The position numbers and the translations under genes were made by a program. Shown here one piece after another: positions 51,431 to 62,696 of a DNA stretch of 64,000 nucleotides. Origin of the DNA: Cetorhinus maximus. Its lineage: Eukaryota. The stretch is taken from assembly GCF_964194155.1 (NCBI RefSeq), contig NC_135901.1, positions 36,580,001-36,644,000 on the forward strand, given 5' to 3'. How positions within the stretch are numbered: position 1 is the stretch's first letter; each line of letters begins with the position of its first letter. The notes under the pieces were generated by a model that saw only the letters and a list, made by a program, of their open reading frames with translations, was not told the DNA's origin and ran no database searches.

Positions 51431-52749
51431 GCACATTCTGTCTCGCTGCGAATGCTGGGTCAGAGCCCCGCCATTGAAACCTGATACTGTTGAATTTACA
51501 ATTATATTTTGCGATCTAATTACGATTGGAAGCATAGTGCTAAGATATAAAATTATTAAAGTAACGAACACAACAACCAAAGTGCAGAAGCACCATATTT
51601 CTTTCCAGCAGAACAAGACCTGATAGCTAGATATGAACTCACTGGAATCTCAGTGGCTGTGATGAACAGGCGATTGTTTTTTTCCTCATACATGGAACTT
51701 TTAAACTGTGACCTGCCAGTAAGAAAGTGCCGATTGTGGATCAAATGCTTTCAACTTTTAAAGCTGCAGTGTTAACAAGTGGTGAAACTGAATAAACCCG
51801 ATCGCACAAATGAAGTATCTGAATGGTCTCTCTCTGCTGTGACTGTGCTGCTGTGTCAATAAATAGTATGACCGCGTGAATCCATTTCCACTTTCACCTG
51901 GTGAACTTCCTGTTCACGATGAGATTTCCAACTTTGAAGTAGATCTCAAATACTTCTGGCAATGAGTTCCAGATCCACAACACCCTTCAGTTAAGTATCC
52001 GCAAAATACTGCAGATTCTTGATATCTGAAATAAAAACAGAAAATGCTGGAACTCCCATCAGACCTGGTAGTGTCTGGAGAGAGAAAAACATAGTTTACA
52101 TTTCAGGTCTTTGATCTTGCATCAGACTGCACTGTATCAGTGCACAGTCAAGGATATCATACACATGGGAACAGCACCACCTGGAAGTTCCCCTCTAAGC
52201 CACTCACAATCCGGACTTGGAAGTATATCACCGGTCCTTCAGTGTTGCTGGTTCAAAATTCTGGAACTCCCTTCCAAACAGCACTGTGGGTGTACCTACA
52301 TCACATGGACTGCAGCAGTTGAAGAAGGCAGCTCACAACCACCTTCTCAAGGGCAATTCGGGATGGGTAATCAATGCTGGCCTAGCCAACGACATGCACA
52401 TCCCATCAATGAATAAAGAAAAAGGCTTGAAATATTATTTACGTTTATCAATCTACAGATGCTGCCAGATATGCTGAGTACTTGATGCATTTTAGTTATT
52501 ATCTCTGGTTGTTCCTGATTTTACATTAGATTTATCAATGACTGACATATTTAATCCCACCCATCCACACTTGAAAATATCTCTATCTTGTCTACCCTGT
52601 TAAACCGTTTCATAGTCTTTAAGACCTCGATCAAGTCATCCCTCACTCTCTTTTTCAGAGAAACCATGTTCAGCCTGTTCAGTCTTTCTTGATGGGAATT
52701 AACATTCCAGTTCTGGCGTAATTCCAGTCAACTTCTGTGCAAACACAGA

Positions 52750-53160
52750 AGTTGCAGCACCCGCCCTTTCACCTCCTCCCTTTCCAAGTTCCAGGGCTCA
52801 CTTTCTGAATGACACAGGACATACTTATACTTCTTGAAATTTGTTATTGTGTACTAGTTGCTCCCGATGTGATCTCTACACTGAGAAAACCAAATCCAGA
52901 TCGTTTGCCTGCTTTGTGGGAGGTGGTCCTATCACAAGACTATTTGTTCTTGCCTCCTCTCCCCCTCTCCTTTCCCTGACTCTGTACTTGTTTGTAAATT
53001 ATTAAATCTCTAAATTATTCCAACTTGGATAAAAGATCACCGACTTGAAACATTCACTCTGTTCCCCTCTCCATCGGAGCTGTTTGACCTACTGAATGTT
53101 TCCAACATTTTCTGTTTTGCGTTTGGATTCCAGCACCTGCAGAATCTTGTTTTTGTGTCA
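52750..53160 (+). mobile_element. Old Penelope-like fragment with terminus
   Basis: Decayed similarity to the 53675 element, plus the terminal motif gaaacattcactctgttcccctctcc...gacctactga. Confidence 0.5.
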
Positions 53161-53674
53161 CAGTCAGAGATGTAACAGGTGGAAAACAAGTCCAGAGGCG
53201 GAGGAAGGGGAGTAAAAGGACAAAATGGAAGGAATGATAAGTTACAAGGCATGAGAGAGAAACTGACTAAATCGATGATGGTTCAAGGCAAAATGTGAGT
53301 GGGAATGGGACAAATTTTTCTTCCTAGTGTTTAAACTGACACAAATGTGACTCCTTATCAACCAATCGCAACTGTTTTTTCAAAGCAGCACGCTGGGCCG
53401 AATGGCCTCTTTCTGTGCTGTCGCTTTGTATCGTTTCATTTCCATCCCCACTGCTGCTATCTTCATAATCATTCCATCATCTTACAACCCATCACCAGAT
53501 AAAAGTTTCTCCTACAAAAACTGCACGTTTAGATAGAACACAACCGACTTCTTCAGCCAATGAAAACAATGATTGCTGTGAGCTGGAACATGAAATTGAC
53601 AGTGAGATGAAATAGTCTCACAAGCTGCTCATGTGTAACTTTCAATTTGCAAAACCCGGCAACCCAATCAAACC

Positions 53675-54210
53675 CGGCAAAGCGGTCACTCAGTCTGCGT
53701 TTGGTCCCTCCAGTGTAGAGGAAACCGCATTGGGAGCAGCGAATGCGATAGACTAAATTGAGGGAAGTGCAAGTGAAATGCTGCTTCACTTGAAAGGAGC
53801 TGCATTTGGACAGTGAGCAGAGGGGAAGTAAAGGGGCAAGTGTTGCACCTTCTGCGGTTGCATGGGAAGGTGCTGTGGGAGGGGGTTGAGGGGAAGGGAG
53901 TGATGGAAGAGTGGACCAGGGTGTCCCAGAGGGAACGATCCCTGCGGAATGCCGCCAGAGGGGTGAAGGGAAGATGTGTTTGGTGGTGGCATCATGCTGG
54001 AGTTGGAGGAAATGGCGGAGGATGATCCTTTGAATGCGGAGGCTGGTGGGGTGATAAGTGAGGACAAGGGGGACCCTATCATGGTTCTGGGAGGGAGATG
54101 AAGATGTGAGGGTGGATGCACGGGAGATGGGCCGCACACAGTTGAGGGCCCTGTCAACCACCGTGGGTGGAAAACCTCGGTTAAGGAAGAAGGAAGACGT
54201 GTCAGAGGAA
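53675..54210 (-). mobile_element. Penelope-like element fragment (linker plus GIY-YIG endonuclease)
   Basis: DRVPLVLTYHP...FTCTSLNLVYRIRCSQCGFLYTGGTKRRLSDRF, with the VY..Y.G.T.R.L..R GIY-YIG signature. Confidence 0.85.
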
Positions 54211-54211
54211 C

Positions 54212-54760
54212 CTGTGTGCTGTTTTTATCTCCACATTCGTAAAATAATAGACTTGCATTGGGAACGGTGCAGAGAAGGTTCATTAAATTGGTCTCTGGAA
54301 TGAGATGGTTGTCCTATGATGAGAGGCTGAATAAACTGGGCTTTTATTCTCTGGAGTTTAGAAGAATGAAAGGCAATCTCATTGAAACCTACAAAATCTG
54401 AGGGGGCTTGATAGGGTGGACACAGACATTGTTTCCACTGGTCAAGGGGTCTAAAACACTGGAGCACAGAGTCAGGGTAACGGGCCGATAATTTAGAGCT
54501 GAGATGAGGAGAAATTACTTCGCCCAAAGGGTTGTGAATCTTTGAATTCTCTACCCAGAGGGTTGTGGATGCTCCATCATTGAATACATTTAAGGCCGGG
54601 ATGGACAGATGTTTGGTCTCTTGGGGAACTAAGGGATATGGGGAACGGGCAGGATAATGGAGTTGAAGCCCAAGATCAGCCATGATTGAACTGAATGATG
54701 GACCAGGTTCAATGGGCCATATGGTCTATTCCTGCTCCTAGTTCTTGTGTTCATGTGTAT
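54212..54760 (+). mobile_element. CR1 3' fragment
   Basis: Similar to the other CR1 3' ends (YDERLNKLGFYSLEFRRMKGNLIETYK) with the tail. Confidence 0.8.
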
Positions 54761-54920
54761 GATAAAGACAGTAATTCATGTTATAACTAAAACAGAAACT
54801 GTTGGAAGTTCTCAGCAGGTCTGACAGCAAATGTGAAGGGAGAAACAGAGTGAAGGTTTCAAGTTTAATATGACTCATTTTCAAACCATGAGTTGAGTGC
54901 TAGTTACGACATCTTGCACA

Positions 54921-54980
54921 ACATCGAGACAGGGAATGGAACCCAGGCGTGAAAGCACAGAATCTGAACCATTAGGGTGT
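54921..54980 (-). pseudogene. Heavily decayed tRNA-Glu-like remnant
   Basis: agggaatggaacccaggcgtgaaagcacagaatctgaaccattag resembles the reverse complement of tRNA-Glu with an internal deletion. Confidence 0.45.
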
Positions 54981-55362
54981 TTCTATAACATACTGTTTGA
55001 ACGAAATTAGCTTCCAACTGAAGGTTTAATGGTTTAAGGCCACCAAGGGTAAAGTAGACTCCCTGTCTTCCTGCTTCTACTTATATTACTGACATCGTTC
55101 TGTTTTGTGTGCTTTGGCTACCAAGGAAATCTTGCCCAAACTTTGCCAGTTCTGCTGTTATTCAGTAAGTTTCCACACAAATAGATTTATGAATATTAAT
55201 TTCAAAAAAGCGAGAAAATTGAGGAAACATGTGCATAATATCCAACCGATTAGAAAGATTGGGTTCAAAGCAACGAATAGAAATTGATTCTCTAATTGCA
55301 TATACCGAACTAGAACACACCGTCACACCAAGTGAATCCACTGTCTGTTTAAATGTTGCTCA

Positions 55363-55808
55363 GTGGTGGGATTGACATATGAGGGTAGATTGAGTTGGTT
55401 AGGATTATATCCACTGGAGTTCAGAAGAATGAGGGGGGATCTCATAGAAACCTATAAAATTCTAACAGGACTAGACAGGGTCGATGCAGGAAGGATGATC
55501 CCAATGGTGGGGGAGTCCAGAACCAGGGGTCACTGTCTGAGGATACAGGGTAGACCATTTAGGACAGAGATGAGGAGAATTTTCTTTACCCAGAGATTGG
55601 TGAGCCTGTGGAATTCGCTACCACATAAAGTAGTTGACGCAAAAACATTATATGCTTTCAAGAAGGAATTAGATACAGCTCTTGGGGCGAAAGGGATCAA
55701 AGGATATGGGGGGAAAGTGGGAGCAGGCTATTGAGTTGGATTATTAGCCATGATCATAACGAATGGCTGAATGGCCTACTCCTGCTCCTATTTTCTATGT
55801 TTCTATGT
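55363..55808 (+). mobile_element. CR1 3' fragment
   Basis: YEGRLSWLGLYPLEFRRMRGDLIETYKI...SRTRGH, tail ctactcctgctcctattttctatgtttctatg. Confidence 0.9.
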
Positions 55809-56575
55809 AAACTTCAATCTTCCTCCACTGTGTAACGTGTGGGAACTGAATCAATAAACAGTCTCCAATTAAATAAACACAGAAAGTTTCAATCCCCTCT
55901 TGCAACTTATCAACCTGTTGTTATTTTCTGTACCATTTACCATGCGGATATATAATGAAAGTAAATAAAGTTTGCAATGGTAAAAATGTGATTTCAGTGA
56001 ACTGAACCACATTGACACACACAGACGTATAAACCAAGAGTGATAGAGGGCAAGTTTTTCTCTAAGGAGAGGCAAACTTTCAGAAAGCAAGGATGCCACT
56101 AATTGGCATGGCTTTGTTCCATTTCTGACTGCAAATTCTGTGATTGCTTATGGATGAACAGAAACGAAGGAACATAGAAGTAAAAGAGGAAAAACAGACA
56201 GGAGTGTCTGGAAGGTCTTGACTCCATTTAGCCAATAATTAATTCTGGAGGCACCAAAAGGAAGGAACACTGAGCAGCGCAGTTGGCAGGATGCAAACCT
56301 GTGTGGGCAGATCCCAGCGGAGTTAGAATTCATCGCCTTAATCAGTCAACCATGACTGGAGACCGTACACTTGGTGTAAATGTTGTTCATGTAAAATCAT
56401 GGAATCGTTACAGCAGAGAATGAGAGCATTCAGCCCCACCTATTCCCAGTCATCCTGCAATCCCTACAGCCTCCCTTGTTCTTATTACCAAGACTACCAC
56501 GTCATATGTCAAATGCCCCAAGTCTATCCTAAGGGATTTGATGAAATGTCTGAAAGGACAAAGCAACTGAAATTT

Positions 56576-56657
56576 TGGCAGTGATGAGATTCAAATCCAC
56601 GACTCGATAAAAGCTGCAGCCTAAATCCAGCGCCTTCAACCACTCAAACACGCTGCT
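56576..56657 (-). pseudogene. Decayed tRNA-Leu(TAG)
   Basis: 82 nt colinear with the reverse complement of tRNA-Leu-TAG; gcctaaatccagcgcctt is exact. The B box and variable arm are mutated. Confidence 0.75.
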
Positions 56658-57989
56658 GCTGGCAATATGATAGTAACCATTGCCTTGTGTAGATCAAAAC
56701 AAATAGGAACAGGTATAGAAAATTTTGTTGCTCAATCCCTCTCACAGTACCATAAAATCAGAACCAAGGCAACACCACATATAGAGGTCATTCAGTCCAG
56801 GTGAGGAGAATATCGGCCATTCAGCTCCTTGATCCTGCTCTGCCATTCAATAAGATCATGGCTGATCTGGTTATGGTCTCAACTCCTCTTTCCTGTCTGT
56901 CCATTCCCATGTCCAACGCCCCCCACCACCACGCTGCCCCCCATAACCCTCGACTCGCTTGTCTATCAAAAATCTGTTTAATTCTGCCTTGAATAAATTT
57001 AATGACCCAGCCTCCACTGCTTTCCAGGGAACATTCCTCAGACTAACGACCCTCTCAGAAAAAAAAAAAATCTCTTCATCTCTGTCTGAAAAGGGAGACC
57101 TATTACTCTTCTGGAAACTAACTCACCTGGTCCTACTCCCCGCCTTTTCCCTGGACATGCTGCAGGTTTTGGTCCAATTCCCTTTTGAAAACCACGACTG
57201 AATCTGCCTCTGCCACACTCTATCTAACCCAGCCACCGGCTTCATCCCTCCCTGCTCACCGGGTAGTTTCTCACCCAATAAACAGCCACCGCACGACTTG
57301 GTGCGACCCTGGGAGTTTCTTATTGAGAGTTTGCGGACTCCACTGGGTATTTGTGAAGCCTCACCTCCACTCAGCCACCGCCATTCCTCCCCATTTACTC
57401 TGCCCCTCTATTCCTCTCCTAGCACTCGGCCTCTCCAGTCGTCCTCACTCACTCGGCCCCTTCAATCCTCCCCACCCACCGGCTCCATTCACTCGCCTCG
57501 AAAACCTGCTGCTCAGCTCAATTTAGAGCCCGCAATGCCTATGCTCCTGGCAGAGTCCTGTACTGTGCCTGGACGGGGAAATCCTGCAGTGAGGATAGGG
57601 CACATTCTAACCCGCAGTGAAGGCTGGGTAGGATCACCGCCGTTGAAAGGCCAGGTGGTTGAATAGAAAATTATGTCTTGTGATCCGAACACAATGAAGC
57701 CATTAGGCCAAGACACACAATGATTTTTTAAAGTCACTTGTTCATTCCAGCTGCTGAGACTCCAATGGGTTCACATCCAACGGTTGGGGTTTATTCTGCT
57801 GTTGATTACTCCCAGAATAGAAGTGGAGGTTTCATGCACTTTGGTTGCTGGAACAAATTATTCAGTAATTCTACATATTATCTCCATGGCTCCAATTGTA
57901 TTCGGAGTGGAAAACATAATTCTCTATTTAACCCATTACCCTTTTCATGGCTGGGGTCTTACCCAACATTCGCGGCGGGATAGAATGTG

Positions 57990-58570
57990 CCCAATCTTCA
58001 TCACTGCGCAGGCGCAGTGGGGTGTTGGGAATAGAGCATGCGCAGAAGGTCCAGGCTAGCGCACGCGCAATCTGGATGCTGCAGTTGCGGGGAGGCGGTT
58101 ATCTCCACTCGGTAACTCGAGAGAAACGGCCGATTGTAGGAGGAATGAAGGTGGCCTAGCGGGTGGGGAAGATTCACAAACACCCAGTGAAGCCGCCAAA
58201 CTCCAAAGGAAAATCCCGGTCCCGCGGTTACACCGAGCGGGTCGGCGGTTGTTTATCGGGTGAGAAGCTGCCTGGTGAGCGGGGAGGGTTGAAGCCGGCG
58301 GCTGGGTTAGACAGGAGGGTTCACAAACACCCGGTGGAGACCCCAAACCCCCAGTAAGAAGATCCCGGGTCCGGGTTTGAACTGGCAGCAGCTGCTCGAA
58401 GTTTTTCCGCTGACAGGCCCAGGGGTCAACGGCCGCCATCTTTATAGGGGCCAGTGTGCGGCGGAGCGCATGCGCGATCACGGAGGACTCAGCCCCGCCC
58501 CTCATTCACTCCGATTGGCTGGAGGACCAGCCGCTGCCGCTCGGTCCTCCAGCCCCGCCCCCTTCCTAAA
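57990..58570 (+). promoter_or_regulatory. CpG promoter module upstream of the 60137 gene
   Basis: TGCGCAGGCGCA, GCATGCGCA, YY1 GCCGCCATCTT near 58432, GC boxes and ATTGG. A further partial module lies at 59320-59500. Confidence 0.7.
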
Positions 58571-58623
58571 CAAAAATAGCTGGAAAAACTCTGCAGGTCT
58601 GACAGCATCTGCGGAGAGGAAAC

Positions 58624-58662
58624 AGTTAACGCTTCGAGTCCGTGTGACTCTTCATCAGAACT
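58624..58662 (-). ncRNA. Minimal hammerhead ribozyme motif in a Penelope terminus
   Basis: AGTT-CTGATGA-A-GAGTC-ACACG-GACTC-GAAG-CGTT-AACT: stem I AGTT/AACT, intact CUGAUGA core, 5-bp stem II. GAAA is changed to GAAG. Confidence 0.65.
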
Positions 58663-58759
58663 AAAGAAAAATAGAAGAGGTGAAATATAAGCTGGTTTAA
58701 TGACGGATGGATGGGTGGGACATGTAGAGCTGGATAGAGGGCCAGTGATAGGTCACAGA

Positions 58760-59237
58760 GAGAAACAGCACAGAAACAAGCCCTTCGGCCCATCGTGTCC
58801 GTCACTGCCAAAGCCCCGATCTATTCTAATCCCATTTTCCAGCACTTGGCCCCTAACCCTGTAAGCTGTGGCGTTTCAGGTGTTCATCTAAATCTTCTTA
58901 AATGTTGTTGCCTCTACCACCCCCTCAGGCAGTGAGTTCCAGACTCCAGACTCCAACCACCCTTTGGGTGAAGAAAACTTCCTCAAATCCCCTCTAAACC
59001 TCCTGCCCCTTACCTTAAATCGATGACCCCCTGGTTATTGACACCCCTGCTAAGGGAAAATGCTACTTCACTTCCACCCTATCTATGCCCCTCATAATTT
59101 TGTATACCTCTATCAGGTCCCTCCTCAGCCTTCTCTGGTCTTAGTAAAACAACCCCAGCCTATCCAGTCTCTGTTCACAGCTGAAACTCTCCAGCCCAGG
59201 CTATATCCTGGTGAATCTCCTATGCACCTCTCCAGTG
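58760..59237 (-). mobile_element. CR1 3' fragment
   Basis: Reverse complement of the 38330-38740 type CR1 end. Confidence 0.75.
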
Positions 59238-60136
59238 CGGCCGGAGCTGGAGCCAGAGATGCTGTCAATCACTCCCCAGTCATTTTGAGCTCGAGCAAGA
59301 GCAGTGCGGAAACTCTGGGAGGTGGGTGGGGAGGATTCAGAAACACCCGCTGGAGGCAGGAAACTCCCAATAAGAACCTGCAGCTCTGGGGCTTTTCACC
59401 ATGAACAGGCCCAGGTTAACAGCTGCCATCTTGATTCAGCAGCGAGCTTTGCGCATGCCCGACTATCCTGGTGAAACGAGAGTAGGCGGGGCTTTAGGGA
59501 CCCAGTGACCAGGAGAAAAAATTATTGATTCATTGATTTTATTCTCACTCTGCACATGGGTTTGAGAACTGAACTGAACCAGTGCAGATAGAGGGAGAAA
59601 ACTGGGAGTGGAGGAAATATATGGGGGAGAAGGTATGATGGGTTTGGAATTTAGCACAGGAAATGGGAGAGTGTTTGGGCCGAGGGTTTGCAGCTTTGGG
59701 AAACGAGAAAATAAAAACTAGAATTGACTGCTCTGAATTCCTATTCTGTACTTACAGTGATTATTTTTGTAAACTCTCTTTACAGGTCTTAGAAGGGAAG
59801 GATTTGGAGATGCGCACTGAAACTAAACATGTTGGTTGAGTCAATCGGTTATCCAGAACCTGAATACCATCGACCTCTGAAGGTGGAAGGGAAAACGTTC
59901 GTCCGTTTTGTCTCCAAGAAAATAATTGAAACATAAATGTGACTGGACAAGCATCGAGACACGTATACCCGAGTGAGAGTGTTTCAGTGCACAGACTGTG
60001 GAAGGAGCTTTAACTAGTTACACAGCCTGGACAAACATCATACCATTCACAGCAGAGAGAAACTGTCACCTGTTCTGTGTGTGGATAAGGTTCCAATTGA
60101 TTGGATCACCTGTAGAAACACAAAGACATTGGCACC

Positions 60137-61147
60137 ATGGAAAAACCTTGGAAATGTGAGGACTGTGGTAAAGGATTCATTTACCCATCCCGGCTGGAAT
60201 ACCATCGACGCAGTCACACTGGGGAGAGGCCGTTCACCTGCTCCAAGTGTGGGAAGGGATTCACTCAGAAAACCTCCCTGATGTTACACCAGAGAATTCA
60301 CACTGAGGAGAGGCCCTTCAGCTGCACTTACTGTGGGAAGAGGTTCAGGTATTCATCCACCCTCACTACACACCAGCGAGTTCACACTGGGGAGCGACCG
60401 TTCACCTGCTCCATGTGTGGGAAGGGATTCACTCAGTCAGCCAGCCTGCTGAATCACCAGCGAATTCACACTGGGGAAAAGCCGTTCACCTGCTCTGTGT
60501 GTGGGGAGGGTTTCACTCGGTCATCCAGTCTTTGGTCACACCAGCAAATTCATACTGAGGAGAAGCCTTTCAGCTGCACCTCCTGTGGAAAGAGTTTCGG
60601 GCATTCATCCACACTCGCTGTACACCAACGTACTCACACTGGGGAGAGACCGTTCACCTGTTCTGTGTGTGGGAAGGGATTTACTCAGTCATTTGACCTG
60701 GTTAGACACCAGCGGCTTCACACTGGGGAGAGACCATTCACCTGCTCCGTTTGTGGGAAGGGATTTGCTCGATTATTCAGCCTCCAGTTACACCAGCGAA
60801 TTCATACTGAGGAGAGTCCATTCAAGTGCAGTACCTGTGGAAAGAGTTTCAGACAGTCATCTGTCCTCATTGAACACCAGCGAATTCACACTGAGGAGAA
60901 GCCATTCAGCTGCACTTCCTGTGGAAAGAGGTTCAGACATTCTTCTGCCCTCACTGTACACCAGCGCACTCACACTGGGGAGAGGCCGTTCACCTGCTCC
61001 GTGTGTGGGAAAAAATTTGCTCAGTCATTTGATCTGGTGAGACACCAGCGAATTCACACTGGGGAGAGACCGTTCACCTGCTCCGTGTGTGGGAAGGGAT
61101 TTGCTCGGTTATCTGGCCTTCAGTCACACCAGCAAACTCACACTTAG
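60137..61147 (+). CDS. Finger-only C2H2 ZNF (subfamily B), 12 intact fingers
   Basis: 336-aa ORF of canonical fingers. Two further stop-containing fingers follow the TAG (61148-61315), and decayed fingers precede the ATG (59890-60130). Confidence 0.88.
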   Translation: MEKPWKCEDCGKGFIYPSRLEYHRRSHTGERPFTCSKCGKGFTQKTSLMLHQRIHTEERPFSCTYCGKRFRYSSTLTTHQRVHTGERPFTCSMCGKGFTQSASLLNHQRIHTGEKPFTCSVCGEGFTRSSSLWSHQQIHTEEKPFSCTSCGKSFGHSSTLAVHQRTHTGERPFTCSVCGKGFTQSFDLVRHQRLHTGERPFTCSVCGKGFARLFSLQLHQRIHTEESPFKCSTCGKSFRQSSVLIEHQRIHTEEKPFSCTSCGKRFRHSSALTVHQRTHTGERPFTCSVCGKKFAQSFDLVRHQRIHTGERPFTCSVCGKGFARLSGLQSHQQTHT

Positions 61148-61709
61148 AAGAGCCCATTCAGCTGAAATATCTGTGGAAAGAATTTCAGACAGTCATCTAA
61201 GCTGACTGTACACCAGTGAATTCACATTGAGGAGAGACCATTCACCTGTTCCGTGTGTGGAAAGGGATTCACAAGGTCCTCCAACCTGCGGACTCACCGG
61301 TGAATTCATAAATGACTGTGGAGTTGGATTCTGCTTCTGTTAATCACATCCAGGATTGATAGTCTGACAATAATTAGGTTTGTTCCTGCTGATGTTAACA
61401 GCCGTATAACTGGCTGGAGTTTAATATCCTGGATCTGTCACTGATTTTCTGGACTGCAGTGTCCCTTTTTAAAAGCACCATCTGTGATCTTTTCCTTAAT
61501 TCAATAACCCATGACAGGGAACGCATTTATAATAAAATTATTAACTTTTACTTTATCCTAAATTTATCTTTGGTACGAACTCTACAATTCAGTGTCTGAG
61601 AGGTTCCACTGATTAACATCTCCAATTAGAAAGTGCTGATTAATCCTTGCTGACAATTCTTACTGACTTGTACATTACTCACAGTGACACCTCCGTATTG
61701 TAATTAAAT

Positions 61710-62696
61710 TATCAAGGAAGATAAACAAAATAGTGAAGTATTTTACAGGTAGATCAATGAAAGCTTCATCAGTCAATGTTGATGTTGCTGAATCTTGGAA
61801 GTCACTGAGTTCAATCATTTCTGACCCAGCAGCAGCAACATTTGGTAAAGGTGGAACTCACAACAAAGACTGGTTTGAGACCTACTCAGCAGAGATGAAT
61901 CTGTCATTGAAACAAAAAGCAAACCCAACCCGATTACAATATAAACCCAACAGCTAGAACACTGTGTAACTTGAAAGTAGCTGAGACAGTTGTGTAAAAG
62001 ACAGGGAGATACTTTGCAAATAAACACTGGATCAGCCCATGTCAAGAAACCCAAACTGCCTGTGACAATGGAAATCTACGTGCTGTGTATGATGGGATCA
62101 GGAGGGCGCTTGGTCCGACCATCACCAAAGTTACCCCCTGAAATCAGCAGATGGTGAAGTTATCACCCACGGAAGTAAGCAGATGTCCCACAGGGTTGAA
62201 CTTTACTGTGAGCTGGACTCCCATGAGAAAGACATATCCCAGTCTCCGTTGACTCTCTCCTGCAGCTTTCTGTCATGGTTGAGTTGGATGATGACCCTCA
62301 TCACTTGAGCTCAAAAAGGCCATTAATTGCTTAGCAAGCAGATAGGCACCCGGCAAGGATGGAATTCCAGCTGAACTGCTCAAGCCCAGAAAGTCCCATC
62401 TACTGTCGCACCTTCATGAGCTCCTCCTTCTCCTTTGGGATGTAGGATCCTTTCCACACGACACGTGTGATTGAAGAATGATCACAATGTACAAAAAGAA
62501 AGGTGACAGAGGAGATTGCAACAACTACAGAGACATCTCACTCCTCAGCATCACAGGGACGACCTTCACTAGGGTCATGCTTAAAAGACTTCATCTACTT
62601 GCAGACCGAGTGTATCCAGAAGCACAGTGCGGTTTCTGTGCTGGCAGATCTACAGTGGACATGATCTTCTCCATACACCAGCTACAAGAGAAGTGA
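61710..62696 (+). mobile_element. RTE-clade LINE ORF2 fragment
   Basis: YKKKGDRGDCNNYRDISLLS...PEAQCGFCAGRSTVDMIFSIHQLQEK, the RT N-terminal motifs typical of RTE elements. Confidence 0.85.

Noticed and set aside
58056-58505. GC-rich ORFs in promoter regions (also 6810-7211, 44097-44513, 51269-51623)
   Set aside because: Open frames are expected in GC-rich CpG islands, and the peptides are not conserved among paralogous promoters.
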